Source of the DNA: Mytilus trossulus
Lineage: Eukaryota
DNA: 64,000 nucleotides
NCBI RefSeq assembly: GCF_036588685.1
Contig: NC_086373.1
Location: 77,066,001 to 77,130,000, forward strand
Reading direction: 5' to 3'
How positions within the stretch are numbered: the stretch's first letter is position 1; each line of letters starts with the position of its first letter. The translations under genes and the position numbers were made by a program. This document shows, in pieces, positions 25,667 to 37,985 of this stretch. The notes beneath the pieces are model-generated. The model was not told the DNA's origin. It worked only from the letters and a program-made list of their open reading frames with translations, and did no database searches.

Positions 25667-28665
25667 ATGTCCGACGAAACTCGCAGACTCACACGTAGTT
25701 TATCATTTATTAAAGAAAACACAACTCAGATAGAAAAGATTTTAGACAAACTAATAGAGGATGGAATCATTGGTATGGATGAACGTTCACAAATCCTTGC
25801 AAATCCACTTTTAGAAAACCAGCTACATTCGGTCATTGAAAAGATCATCAGAAAGCAGGCTTATCAGTCTTTTTTGAGCGCGCTGAAAACTACAGGGAAC
25901 AACCATGTAGTGGATAAAATAATCGGATTGCATTTTCCAAAAGGTATTAATTCAAATTTCATTTCAATAATGCTATTTATTTCAAAATGTGTTCATACAT
26001 ATTTACAGCGTATCTGCTTGTTTATGCACAGTGCTAACCTATATGCATTTGACAATGGCTAATTGTTCGATTCTAACAGTATAAGAAACAAGACAGCATT
26101 TTATTCTGTTTTATTTTCCCATCTTTAATTGTACGTGGTTTTTTTTCGAACAATGGCGTGTCATTAATATTGATTTTATTTTAATCAAATGTTTTTTAAC
26201 GCAGATTATTTTCTACATTTCTGCAAGAGGTTATATGAGATATATCGTCCTTGATTTCTGTAACATTTTTTGTCTATTTTTTTTTCTTTCGATTGTATTG
26301 TTGTCTCTGTCTTTTGATTTATTTTGGTTATTTCTTTAGATCAAAAGGACAATCAAGGTATGAACAGAGAAAAAACGTACACTGTGAACTCGGTATGTAT
26401 TATATAAATATACAATTTATAAATACGTATATTGTTTTGTTAAAATTCTCTGTAATTAAAATTTTGAATTCATTTGAATCAAGAATCCTATCTCGATCAT
26501 GCGTGATTTTTTTGTATTGATTTTCCTCTACTATTTATCCTTTTGGGTTTTATCTTTTCTGTAACGCTTGCAATAAGTTTGGAACTTTTTAACTTTTTGG
26601 CCTCGAACATTAATTGTCGAAATACAGTAAATTTGGTACATCTGAATGACGCCTCCGGGTGCGTGAATTTCTCGCTACATTGAATACATGTTGGTTACCT
26701 TCTCTGTTGTTTTTTTCTATGGTCGGGTTGTTGTCTCTTTGACACATTCCCCATTTCCATTCTCAATTTTACATGTAATTTTTATGTTTTAAAATGAACA
26801 TTTTAACTTTACCAACGTTCATCAATAGATGAGTTTTAAAGGAAAACGTATTTAACTGTTCAAAATAAATAAACTTTTACAGGATAATCTCTCAAGTAGC
26901 AACTTTGTTGTTCTTATCATATGTTTGCCCACATATGTCAACTGAACATTGGGTTGACAATTTGCATACGCATAGGTATTCACACATTTATGGTTGATTT
27001 TAATGCTTAACAGTTTAGTGGCAACTATTTAATCCAGGCATGATTCCACTATTATGAGTGTTTAAAGGGAAACTTCGCAAACAAATCAAAAATTGATATT
27101 ATGTTCATTCTGAATAAAATGCTCAAATTCATAGATATTAAGGTTTTATTCCGCTAGATAAGCGATCACCATCGACTTTGAATTAAGAGTATCAATTCTC
27201 TGCGTTTGGCATTTTGATTTTGTCTTCTTTCCCGATTAATAACAACGACATGTCTACAAACCACAAAGCAACAAAGCTACAGTAAAAGATGTAGTCGTAA
27301 TTGCGTGTCGATATCTTGTTAATCGTACGGTTGTTTTATCCAACTAACTAACTTGATACGGAAAATATTTTTATTTTTTTCAAATAACCATGGTCTGTTG
27401 TTTTTAAACTGTTAATATTGGAATTAGGTAAAAAGTCAAAGTTGAAATCATAAATAAGTGTTCCGTAAAAATTGTTTTCGAAAATCTAATTTGTTCATAA
27501 TTCTATAAAGTAATAAACTTTTTTCAAATAAATTCTGATCTTCCCTCATCTGATCACCAGCATAGCTAAAGGTATTACTTCCAAAGGTATTGTGAGGGAT
27601 ATGAGGTGACACGTCCAGGTATTCAAGCGATTTCCTGTCGGGCTTGCAAGTTCATGCATCGTTTCACTTCCGCAGGTACACAGTGTACACGGCCGATAAC
27701 TTATAACTTTCCATTTTGAACTATCAGATGTATAATATACAACTCTGTCTTACTTGTCATTACTAAAACTCATACGCTTGTTTATAAATAACATTTCTGG
27801 TCTAAAGAATATTATTCATAAGAATATAAATAATACCCAAGAAATAAGATTTGATGAAATTAAAATCTATTTAAATATTTTTTTCCAAGGGTGAATTTGG
27901 GAAAATGTAATATATACTCATTGTCAATAGTGAAGGACAGATAGGAACATACCAGAAATATTAATACATGCTGTTTGTTATGACTAATATTGTTTCTTTT
28001 ACCAGATTGAAGAGGAGGGAGAAGAAAAGTCACATTATGAACAATATGTCAAGGAGAAAACATTAGAGGAACTGAAATTGGAAAATGACAGACTGAAAAC
28101 TCAGCAATCAATAGTTAGAGAACAACTGAACGAAAAGTACAAGAAAATTCAGGAGCTGAAAATCGAAGTTCGGAACTATAAAAGACAAAACACAGAATTA
28201 AACGAAAAGTTACAATCATATGAAGAATTGCAAGTTAGAATGGAAGGTATCGAAGAGGAACTTCAAGATAAGGATAAAATGAACAGAATAATAGAAATTG
28301 CACTTTGTGAGCGTAGCGAGGAGATTGATCGATTGCAGAGACAATGTGAAGAATTAAAAGTTGAGAGCGAAGAAAAATCTGAACAAATCTCTTATTTGTC
28401 AGGACAGATGGAACTCTTGAAAATAGAATTGGGAAAAGCTAGTGAAGATCGACATAGACTAAAACAAACTATCATTGACATGTCTAATAGTATGGAAGAA
28501 AAATTCGTGGACATGATGAGCGCATTAAACGATCTGAAGGCATACAAACAAGCGCAATGTGAAGTTACGACACCGCGCAACTCAAGTAGTTCTCGATACC
28601 AGTATGGCAGAAGAGGGCAACCATTGGTACTCGCAAAAACAAAATATCGAACGCAGCACAAATAA
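25667..28665 (+). CDS. Death-fold (CARD-like) domain plus coiled-coil protein, ~329 aa; exons 25667-25943, 26340-26392, 28006-28665
   Basis: Exon 1 has a CARD-like helical pattern (IEKILDKLIEDGII...QIL...AYQSFLSALKTTGNNHVV). Intron phases 1 and 0 join in frame to a heptad-rich E/K/Q/L exon. AATAAA at 28813. Confidence 0.75.
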
Positions 28666-28829
28666 ACTATGTACTATGTGAAAAAAATACCAGTTGTAAT
28701 GTTTATGCATTATTTTAATGAACATATTTTACATTAAACAATATTCTGTGTATATATTTATGTATATTTTGTGAACTTTTTGTAAAAAATTATCTATCAG
28801 AAACATGTTTTGAATAAACATGCCTTTGA

Positions 28830-30400
28830 TGATGCAAATTTTAAAATCGATAAAAGAGAAGCGAGACAAACAAATAGTACACAAGACACCATATAGAAAA
28901 CTGAAGACTAAGCAACGAAAAAACTACCAACCACTTGGGGTCCAACCAACCACTGGGGTCATCTCAGGTGCTCCGGAAGGGTAAGCATATCCTGCTCCAC
29001 ATTGTGGCACATGCTATTTTAAACCCGGTTAATAGTCTATTTCGGAAGGTCACATTCGAGAAAAGAGAACGGGAATGTGGTTACGACATAAAGAACACAA
29101 TCGATATCATCTGTGAAACGGATATTCCACAACGGTCAACTAACTCGTGATGGCGTCAGTAAAATTTACGAAGGGATGACTTCAACTTCACCATTTTGAA
29201 ATCTTAGTTTAATAGTTTCCTTGTGAGTCACTCGCAGCAATCCTCTATCAAGGAAATCAAGATAGGAAACACAAGCCCGGGAAGATCGTAATACTGATAT
29301 ATACTTCGTATGCAGGCTTGCTACATCGACATGGAAACTTCACAATTGGGAAGATGAAATAATCTCTTTTGTCTACAAGTATTGTTTTCAACCGACCTCC
29401 ATTGTCAATTTCTATATGCAAGTCAAGATATGAGGCAGACTTGACTGTATCTGTTGTATTATGAATCTATAGTTTGATTGGATAGATGCGTTCAACATAG
29501 TCACCAAATTTTGAATTTGAAGTGAGAGAACAACAGCTATATAACGGAAAGTAAAGTCAAAGGATATTGCTAACTTCTTTTCTTTCTTTATAAGAAGTTC
29601 ACGTTTGAAGTCAGTCTCACAAGAAAAAAAAACAAGTCGACAAGAAGAAGGGCACAGTTGATTCCCATGGGAATGCCGATAGGTTGTTGAAAAAAAAACA
29701 CGTTCTCAAAAGTCAACAAATATGTTGTCAATCATAAAAATCAAGCATCTTGAATTCAGTTTCAGAAAATTTTTTGCTTGAATCAGAGTGATTTTTTACA
29801 AAGTAGGATTAGTCCCTTCCTAAGACAAGATTCTTTTATCTACGTTGGCCATTATTGTTTATGAAACAAAGCAAAACCAACTCTTTCAATTTGTCTATAA
29901 GTTTGGAATGGGGAAATTCAATGATTGGGTTAAGTGTTGAAAAATCAAATGTTTTAATAATCATCAATACTTTTGCAAGAGTATGAGATTGTATGTACTC
30001 TAAAATATCCGTTGTTTGTTAGGATACGAAGTTTATGTAGTTTATGTATTCAATACTGGGATGGAAGATTCATTTCTTCATCTCTGACTTTGAAATTCCA
30101 AAGGTACAAAGTATAGACCTATGATTATCCAGGATTTCCTCTTCTGTAAGTATCGTGGGGTATATGTTGTGTTTCCAAGTGAATTTTCAATACCTAATTC
30201 ATTTATCAAGCAGTTTGGGTAATGATATTTACACACAATAACAATGCTGTTTGGAGCTTTATCTGCGGGTACAACAACATATTTGTCATGGAGGTAGGGC
30301 AAGTGTTTTGCAACAATTGGGTCTTTAGAGATTGTCGTAGCATGGGTATTGATAGAATAGTTTTTAAAATTAGCGTTGTGACTAAAATCAATCGTAAAGT
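28830..30400 (-). mobile_element. Degenerate, 5'-truncated Penelope-like retroelement
   Basis: YLHDKYVVVPADKAPN, FDFSTL and GIPMG motifs with many frameshifts; collinear with the element at 54893-58999. Confidence 0.8.
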
Positions 30401-33239
30401 TTGTTTTGCCGTGCGTATTGATATGTGTTCTTGTATTCTATTTTGGCTAGAGGTATAGGGGAGGGATGAGATCTTTCAAAACATTTTAACCCCACCGAAT
30501 TTTTGCGACTATTCCAAGTCAGGAGCCTCTGGTCTTTGTTGCATTTTTTAAAATTTTTAAGTAGTTCATCTATATGTTTTGGGGTTTGGTGTGAGATCAA
30601 TTTTCACTGAACTACATGTAGTACAAAGTTTTATTTAAGTGCCAGCTGATGACCACCTTCGGATGGTGCGTTGCAGACTACGACGCATTGGTGGCCTTGG
30701 ACTGTTATCTTTCTTTAGTCGCGTTGCTGTCTCTTGATTGACATAGTCCCCATTTCCATTCTCAATTTTAAAGTATCTACAATTTCCGTTTTATTTCATA
30801 TATGGTAAAGTTTGTTGAGTAGGATACCATGGTTCAGTTTATGTAATGTTTTGCAAAGAGGTAGGGCCAATTTGCCAGGGATTTTTTTCACAGAAGGGCC
30901 AATTTCAAAAAGTGCCGACAGAATAAAATTTACAACAAAAACCCAAAATAAAAATGCTTTTTAATCAATATACCGATTCACATATATAATGATATGTGTG
31001 ATCAATTATAGTTAATTTGATCCTAAAAAAGGTCCAATATGCGGATTTTCGGGTTTTTTATGTAAGCAAAACAGGGAATCCCTCCAGAAGGACATTTCAA
31101 ACCAAAAAAAAAGTTATGCTTTTTCAGACTGTTGTTATTTATACTACTTTTTCACTTAAAAAAATGAAATTGGTTTAGTGTGTCCTTATTACATAAAAAA
31201 CAACTTTTTAAAGAAAAAATTGTAACATCGATAAATTGTACCGACTGGATATAACTTCTTAATAACTGACATATATATGAGTATCGTCGTAGTTCAATCC
31301 GTAAAGTACAAAACTACTATTAAATTATAATTTTGATAAAAGGGTTCGAATCTCGCTCAGAAATATTGCTTTTTTTGTGTTTTTATATTAAATTTTAATG
31401 TCTCTTATCATATTTTTTTTTATGTTTGCTTAATTCATAAAGTCATTCTGGTTCATTTTGACTATATAGTTTACCAGTTTATCATTTTACATGTATCAAA
31501 GAAAAAATAATGTATCGCTTGTTGCGTGCATTCTTATGACTGTCCATACTCTTGACGCACTTTCTATTCATATGTTAACATTTATCACATATATTCAAGG
31601 AACAACTGCCGTTGAACTGAACATAACCAATAACACAAGAATTCATTTTATAGCAATGAATTCTACATGTCGCGGGTGTAATATACACATAACTTCAAAT
31701 AAGGCCATTGTATACAAGTTTCAAAACAACACAAACATATTTTCGAAACCTTTTAAGAAGATGGTATTATATGTAACAACAACAACAACAATGTTGTCGC
31801 CAATTCACAAACTGTATAGATACTAGTACTGAAATTTTTACCACCGTCCCTACACCGGTACCAAGGCATCAGAAAATAAAACAGCAGAACAGAACAAATC
31901 AGTTACACTACAAATGATTGAAGGTAAAACATCAAGAAGCTGTTGCATTTGTATCACAACGAAGGACCGACTTGTTAAAATGACAGAAACGACAATATAA
32001 CATTGATCTATGACCAACTGATGTAAGATGATCTCCGGTCAAAATATATACATGTATTATCTTATCTTATCTTATAGACGATAAAAAAAATAAAAGACCA
32101 GGACAAATACAGATATACATAAATATATATTCAGAATGAGAAAATCACGATTTGAATTTGTTCGATATTATTTGGCTCCTTGACAAGTTACGTAGTATGC
32201 CACCTTGCTTTAAGGATGTTAATAATAAAATAAAATCAATATTAAAAAAAAAAAGTCTTGGCCTTGTTTTTGTAGGAATACCTGTTCAAGGTATGAAAAT
32301 GAATAATGTGACGTATTTTTTTGTACTATAATTAGCATATATCGGGCTATTTAAAACATGATTTACCTATCTTATCGAATGAAACATATCTCCAGCCAAT
32401 TGGCCCTCCCTCTTTGCATCGAGGCAGTAATTTAGTCATAAAATCCTTAATTTCTTACTTTTTTCAATTACTCTTCGGCTTTAGAAATGCTGCACATAAA
32501 GATACTCCCTCTGTAAATTCACTTTGTAAACTTAAAATTTGTTAATGATATTTTTGTAAATTTCTTTTCACATTACTTCAACTCATGATAGATGAAAAAC
32601 AGGGATTATCTTATGCTTTACCTTTTTATAATTTCATTCTGAGTTTTGCTTTCTTCAGTCATTGTCAGAACAAATAGAAATAAGAAGATGTCATATGAGT
32701 GCCCGACTATCGATTCAAGTCACTGGCAATGTGTAAAAAGTCAACAATAATTATTGTTCGAAGTCTATATCAAGTCATATTTCTTTTTTTCTGCTGTTTT
32801 ATGACATAAAGCATTAAATGATCAAGGTCGCATAGCCGAGTGCTTTCTGAATCCGACCGACTGGATTTTTGTTACTAATAGTTTTTAAGAAATACTATTT
32901 ATCTGTCACACAAAATTATTAACATTCATGAAATGGTTAAATCCTGTATATATATATATATTTATATTTATAAGTGTTATAGTACTTGTGTGATTATAGC
33001 GGTGTTAGCTCGTGAAACTTTACCAACAATCAGGAGGTGTGCCTATGTTGGCAGAATTTAATTGGACACTGATACGGTAACAGGATAACCGCATTATTGA
33101 ACGTCTAACGAACATTTTCTTGTCGTATGCCTTAACAAGTATTAGAGACATCTTTATCTCAAAGCTTTATACAGTTGTTGTACCAAAGATTGGAACCGCT
33201 GCATGGACTGACATATGCGTTATTATAAGATCGTATAAC

Positions 33240-35300
33240 ATACCACAAAAACAAATAACACATAAAATGAAATTGCCTTGGATCACAGACCAACTAAGAA
33301 TCAAGATAAATAAAACTAAACGTCTGCACAAAAAAATCAAAGAAAAATCATCATCTGCTAATTAGATACAAACACATGAAAAAAACATTGCAGGCAGATA
33401 TGCGTTCAGCCTATTGGCATTATATTGAAAACATGATCCTAGACCTCCCAATTGAAGAACTTGGAACCACCAACAAAAAGCACACACCAAAAATATTGTT
33501 CTCATATATCAAGAGCATGAGAAATGATAATTCAGGTGTAGCTGCACTAAAAAAGGATGGATTGCTCGTAACAAACACCAAAGATAAGGCAAACAAACAC
33601 CAAAGATAAGGCAAACATCCTCAACCAGCAATTTCAAAAGGCATTCTCTACTGAATCATCTGCAGATCCAATACCAGTAAAAAACTTATCATCACATCCA
33701 CAAATGAATGAAATTAAAATATCAGAAAAGGGCGTCAACAAACTTCTTCACAACATTAATCCGAATAAAGCCACAGGCCCTGATGAACTATGTGGGAAGG
33801 TATTAAAGGAAATGAAAGATCATCTAAGTCCTATCATCACACTCATCTTTCAAAAACCTATTAACACTCATAAAATACCTACAGACTGGAAACATGCAAA
33901 TGTCTGTCCTGCATTCAAAAAAGGCGACAAAAACAATGCCATAAATTACAGGCCAATTTCACTAACATGTATTCTTTGCAAAATAATGGAGCATATCATA
34001 ACTAGTCAAGTAATGGAACATCTTGAAAAAAACAATATTTTATATGATTTACAACATGGCTTCCGATCAAAACGCCCTTGTGAGACACAACTATTATCTT
34101 TCATTCAGGACCTTGCAAGAGACAACAATATTAACATACAAACTGATGTCGTTGTGATGGACTTTGCCAAAGCTTTTGACAAAGTCCCTCACAAAAGATT
34201 ACTTTACAAATTAAAATACTACGGCATAGACAATAATACCTTGGAATGGATTGGTGACTTTTTACACAACCGTACACAAACAGTCATGCTAGATGGAGAA
34301 CAATAAAAAAAAATGGGGTAACATCTGGGGTGCCACAAGGCACTGTCCTTGGCCCAATTTTATTCCTCATTTACATAAACGATTTCCCAGAATATTTACA
34401 TCACAGCACCTCAAGATTTTTTGCCGATGACAGCTTCATCTATAGAAACATCAAAAACACAGATGATGCTGCCAAACTACAACAGGATTTAAATTCAGCG
34501 GCACAATGGGAAAAAGACTGGTTAATGTCATTCCATCTAGACAAATGTTCCATACTAAGAATTACACAAAAAAAAAGAAACCAGTCAACCATGACTATAT
34601 CCTGCATGGTCACATCCACCAAACTGAAACAGCTACAAAATATTTAGGCTTAACCATCCAATCTGATCTAAAATGGAATAAACACATCAATAACGTAATA
34701 GCTAATGCAAACAGACAACTGAATTTTCTCAAACGTAACCTTAAAGTTTCATCCCAAAAAATCAAAGAAAGGGCATACATGTCATTAGTTAGACCTAAGC
34801 TTGAGTACAGTTCTTGCGTCTGGGACCCTCACACCAAAAGTCAAATCAACCAAATTGAGATGGTCCAACGCAGAGCTGCTCGCTACACATGTAATAGATA
34901 TCACAATACCAGCTCTGTCTCAAACATGCTTGATCACCTACAGTGGCCTACATTAGAACTGAGACGTATACAAACAAGACTAGTGGTATTCTATAAGATC
35001 ATACACCAACACATAGCAATTTACCCTAAAGATTTTCTTGTTAAATCAGACAGTAGAACAAGATATAAACATACAAACCACTTTAAACAAATTCAAACAA
35101 ATAAAGATTCATACAAGTTTTCATTTTATCCACATACAATAGTACAATGGAACCTACTTCCTACATCAGCAATCCTTTGTACAACAGTCGACGGCTTCAA
35201 AGAGCAGATTTCTATATCTGCTCTTTCACAAATATTCTAAAAAATGCATAACATGTACATAGTTTTAACAAGAAATATACAAAGGATAACAATCCACAAA
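33240..35300 (+). mobile_element. 5'-truncated LINE ORF2 (RT) pseudogene
   Basis: KATGPD, NYRPISLTCILCKIMEH, QHGFR, DFAKAFDKVPH, GVPQGTVLGP, FADD, KYLG and YMSLVRPKLEY motifs in three to four frameshifted ORFs. Confidence 0.9.
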
Positions 35301-35941
35301 AAAAATAAATCACTGTTATATTTTTACTTTATTTATTTTTTCTAAGCACCAATGCAATGTAACGTAATATTACTGCAAATTTATTTATTTTTAATTGTAA
35401 ACAACTATCAATTTGCTTAATGCACATATTGATATATGTTGAGTGTACCTCTGTTGGAAATAAGAACACACAAACCTCCACCTAGTTTTAGTCAATGGAC
35501 AAAACATTCAAAACTATAAAATATTATAGATCTAAGACTTGTCAGTGTCTATTTACCATTGCAACTGAATCAGTGATATATGTATTGTACACATAATTAT
35601 ATACATGCAAGACTAAAATTATAAAGTACATACATGTTTGTATATAAGACTAAAACTGACATTCAGTCTTTACAATATCTTCATTCCCAAAGTCATTTTC
35701 AAATCTGACTTCATGGTAAAATAAGATTCCATATCTACAACCAATTAAAAGGAAAAATCCCTCTGATAGACTAGCATTTAAATCCGATTTCTAAAATGGA
35801 AGCTAGGTCACCATGGAACTTAGAACTAAAAAAAATCAAACAATATATCTGATATATTTCAAATGCATGTACATGAAATAATATAAATCTCTAAAATACT
35901 ATATTGTTCTCTTTTTCATCTTCTGTTAGATACTGTATATC

Positions 35942-36084
35942 CAGTGGCGGATCCAGAAATTTTCTTAAGTGGGGGCCCACTGAATGACCTAGGAGGGGGC
36001 TCGCTCAAGTCATGATTCAGTGATTCCCTATATAAGCAACCAATTTTTTTCTCAAAAAGCAGCCCCCCCCTAAATCCGCCTCTG
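35942..36084. mobile_element. MITE of the CAG(T/G)GGCGGAT family with 5-bp TSD ATATC
   Basis: ATATC|CAGTGGCGGATCCAG...AAATCCGCCTCTG|ATATC. Confidence 0.75.
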
Positions 36085-36596
36085 ATATCAACCTCTAGAT
36101 GTCTTTCAATTACATTCAGTTTAGTGTGGGTTGATCTTTGATTGTTGTACATGTTACAACCAGATTCCCGGCAGGGGGCAACTTTGTAAGACCGCAGATA
36201 CTCAAGCTTAGATTTTGAAATAAGGCGGAAAATGTAACCTTTTCAATTTATAAAACAGGTTCAACATCATTTCTATACATATATAAACATATTCTAAATT
36301 GTGGACACACCTTCATTAAATATTCTAATTCAATTAGTGGAGGAGATCAAATTAAAAAGTTGCAATGGTTAAATACTCCAATCACAGTCTTTCCTGCTAA
36401 AATCTCATGTGTAGAATGTGATAAACGGTTTTTGGGTCTATATATTGTCCTTGATATTGAGGTTATTTTGACACAGCAAAATATAAAGAAAATGTAAACT
36501 ATGATCTGGAAATTGACTTCGTTTTCCCAAAATAAGCCCACTTAAACTGAACTTTAAATGCAAAAGACCTCTAAATGGCTAACAGATATTGCTATA

Positions 36597-37034
36597 TGGT
36601 CCGAGACCACAATTGTCGTCCCTTGATTTATAGTCCCTAGTGTTAACAGTGGGTTACTTGCCATTAATTTTTATACCCCTTCCAAATTTATTTCTCCATG
36701 TTTAATGCCTCAAATTGTAAGTTGGGGGGTGAAATTACACTGTAAAAAAATTTGGGTTCAGAATTTTACAGGAAAGTAGTGATTTGGTCCAGCTGAAAAA
36801 GGTTAAAAATTAGCACTTCGGAAGCTGTCAAAAGATTTCAAGACACCCTAAACACAAAATTGTCCATATTTTGAGTTAGAGGCGATGAAGTTTTCTATAA
36901 TTTTGATATAATTTGTCCCAAAAATAGTACAACACACTGTAAAAATTTCATTGAGAAAGCGCAGGTGGGATTTTTTTTATTTTCATTTATGTTCTAAAAG
37001 AAATGCACTACGAATTAATTGTGTTCTCGGACCA
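36597..37034. mobile_element. MITE with TGGTCCGAGA(C/A)CACAATT TIRs flanked by TATA
   Basis: TATA|TGGTCCGAGACCACAATT...AATTGTGTTCTCGGACCA|TATA. Confidence 0.75.
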
Positions 37035-37280
37035 TATAAAAGAATAGTCCTTGATTATACATGTACATGATATTAAAGAATTCATGAAATTTACACTGAT
37101 TCTGTCAGTTGAATGGACTAGAATGAGATAAGTTATATACATGATAGACATAAAGGTTTTTTCCAACAGTTGTGGTGTAAATTAAATTAGTTGTATTTTA
37201 TGGATGATATATTTATGTATATACATGTATGTAAATCATTGGCTCTTCAACCAATGATATTTTACAATATCGATTATTTG

Positions 37281-37985
37281 TTTATTTTTCTAATGTTGGT
37301 ATTTTTCAGCATACTAAAAATGTTTTAACACAACACGAGCACAAGCTTGATAGGGTGTCCTCACACAGGGTTTCCGCTGGCGGTCCCCATTTTCCCAATT
37401 TGCGAAAAAATAATACTTGTGGCGATAAAAATTCGTCATTTGCTGAAGAATTTGGCGAAAGAAATATATAGAAAGATTTATTTTCCTCCTTCTTGTTTAT
37501 TTACTTTTTTCGTGTTTCTCTGACTTTAACTTATCAGACAATACTCGGAATTCACCTTGACGTCATTAAGATTTTGATAGAAAATCAATTATCAGCTGAT
37601 TGCAATTTACTTTATTTTTCTAATGTTGGTATTTTTCAGCATACTAAAAATGTTTTAACACAACACGAACACAAGCTTGATAGGGTGTCCTCGCACAGGG
37701 TTTCCGCTGGCGGTCCCCATTTTCCCAATTTGCGAAAAAATAATACTTGTGGCGATAAAAATTCGTCATTTGCTGAAGAATTTGGCGATAGAAATATATA
37801 GAAAGATTTATTTTCCTCCTTCTTGTTTATTTACTTTTTTCGAGTTTCTCTGACTTTAACCAAGGATTTGTATAGTTATATAACTATACAAATCCTTGCT
37901 TTAACTTATCAGACAATACTGGGAATTCACCTTGACGTCATTAAGATTTTGACAGAAAATCAATTATCAGCTGATTGCAATTTAC
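37281..37985. repeat. Recent tandem duplication of a 330-bp unit
   Basis: 37281-37610 is repeated almost identically from 37611; copy 2 carries an extra 45 bp. Confidence 0.92.

Noticed and set aside
31491-31826. 111-aa ORF with a hydrophobic N-terminus
   Set aside because: No recognisable domain or splice context; consistent with a chance ORF.
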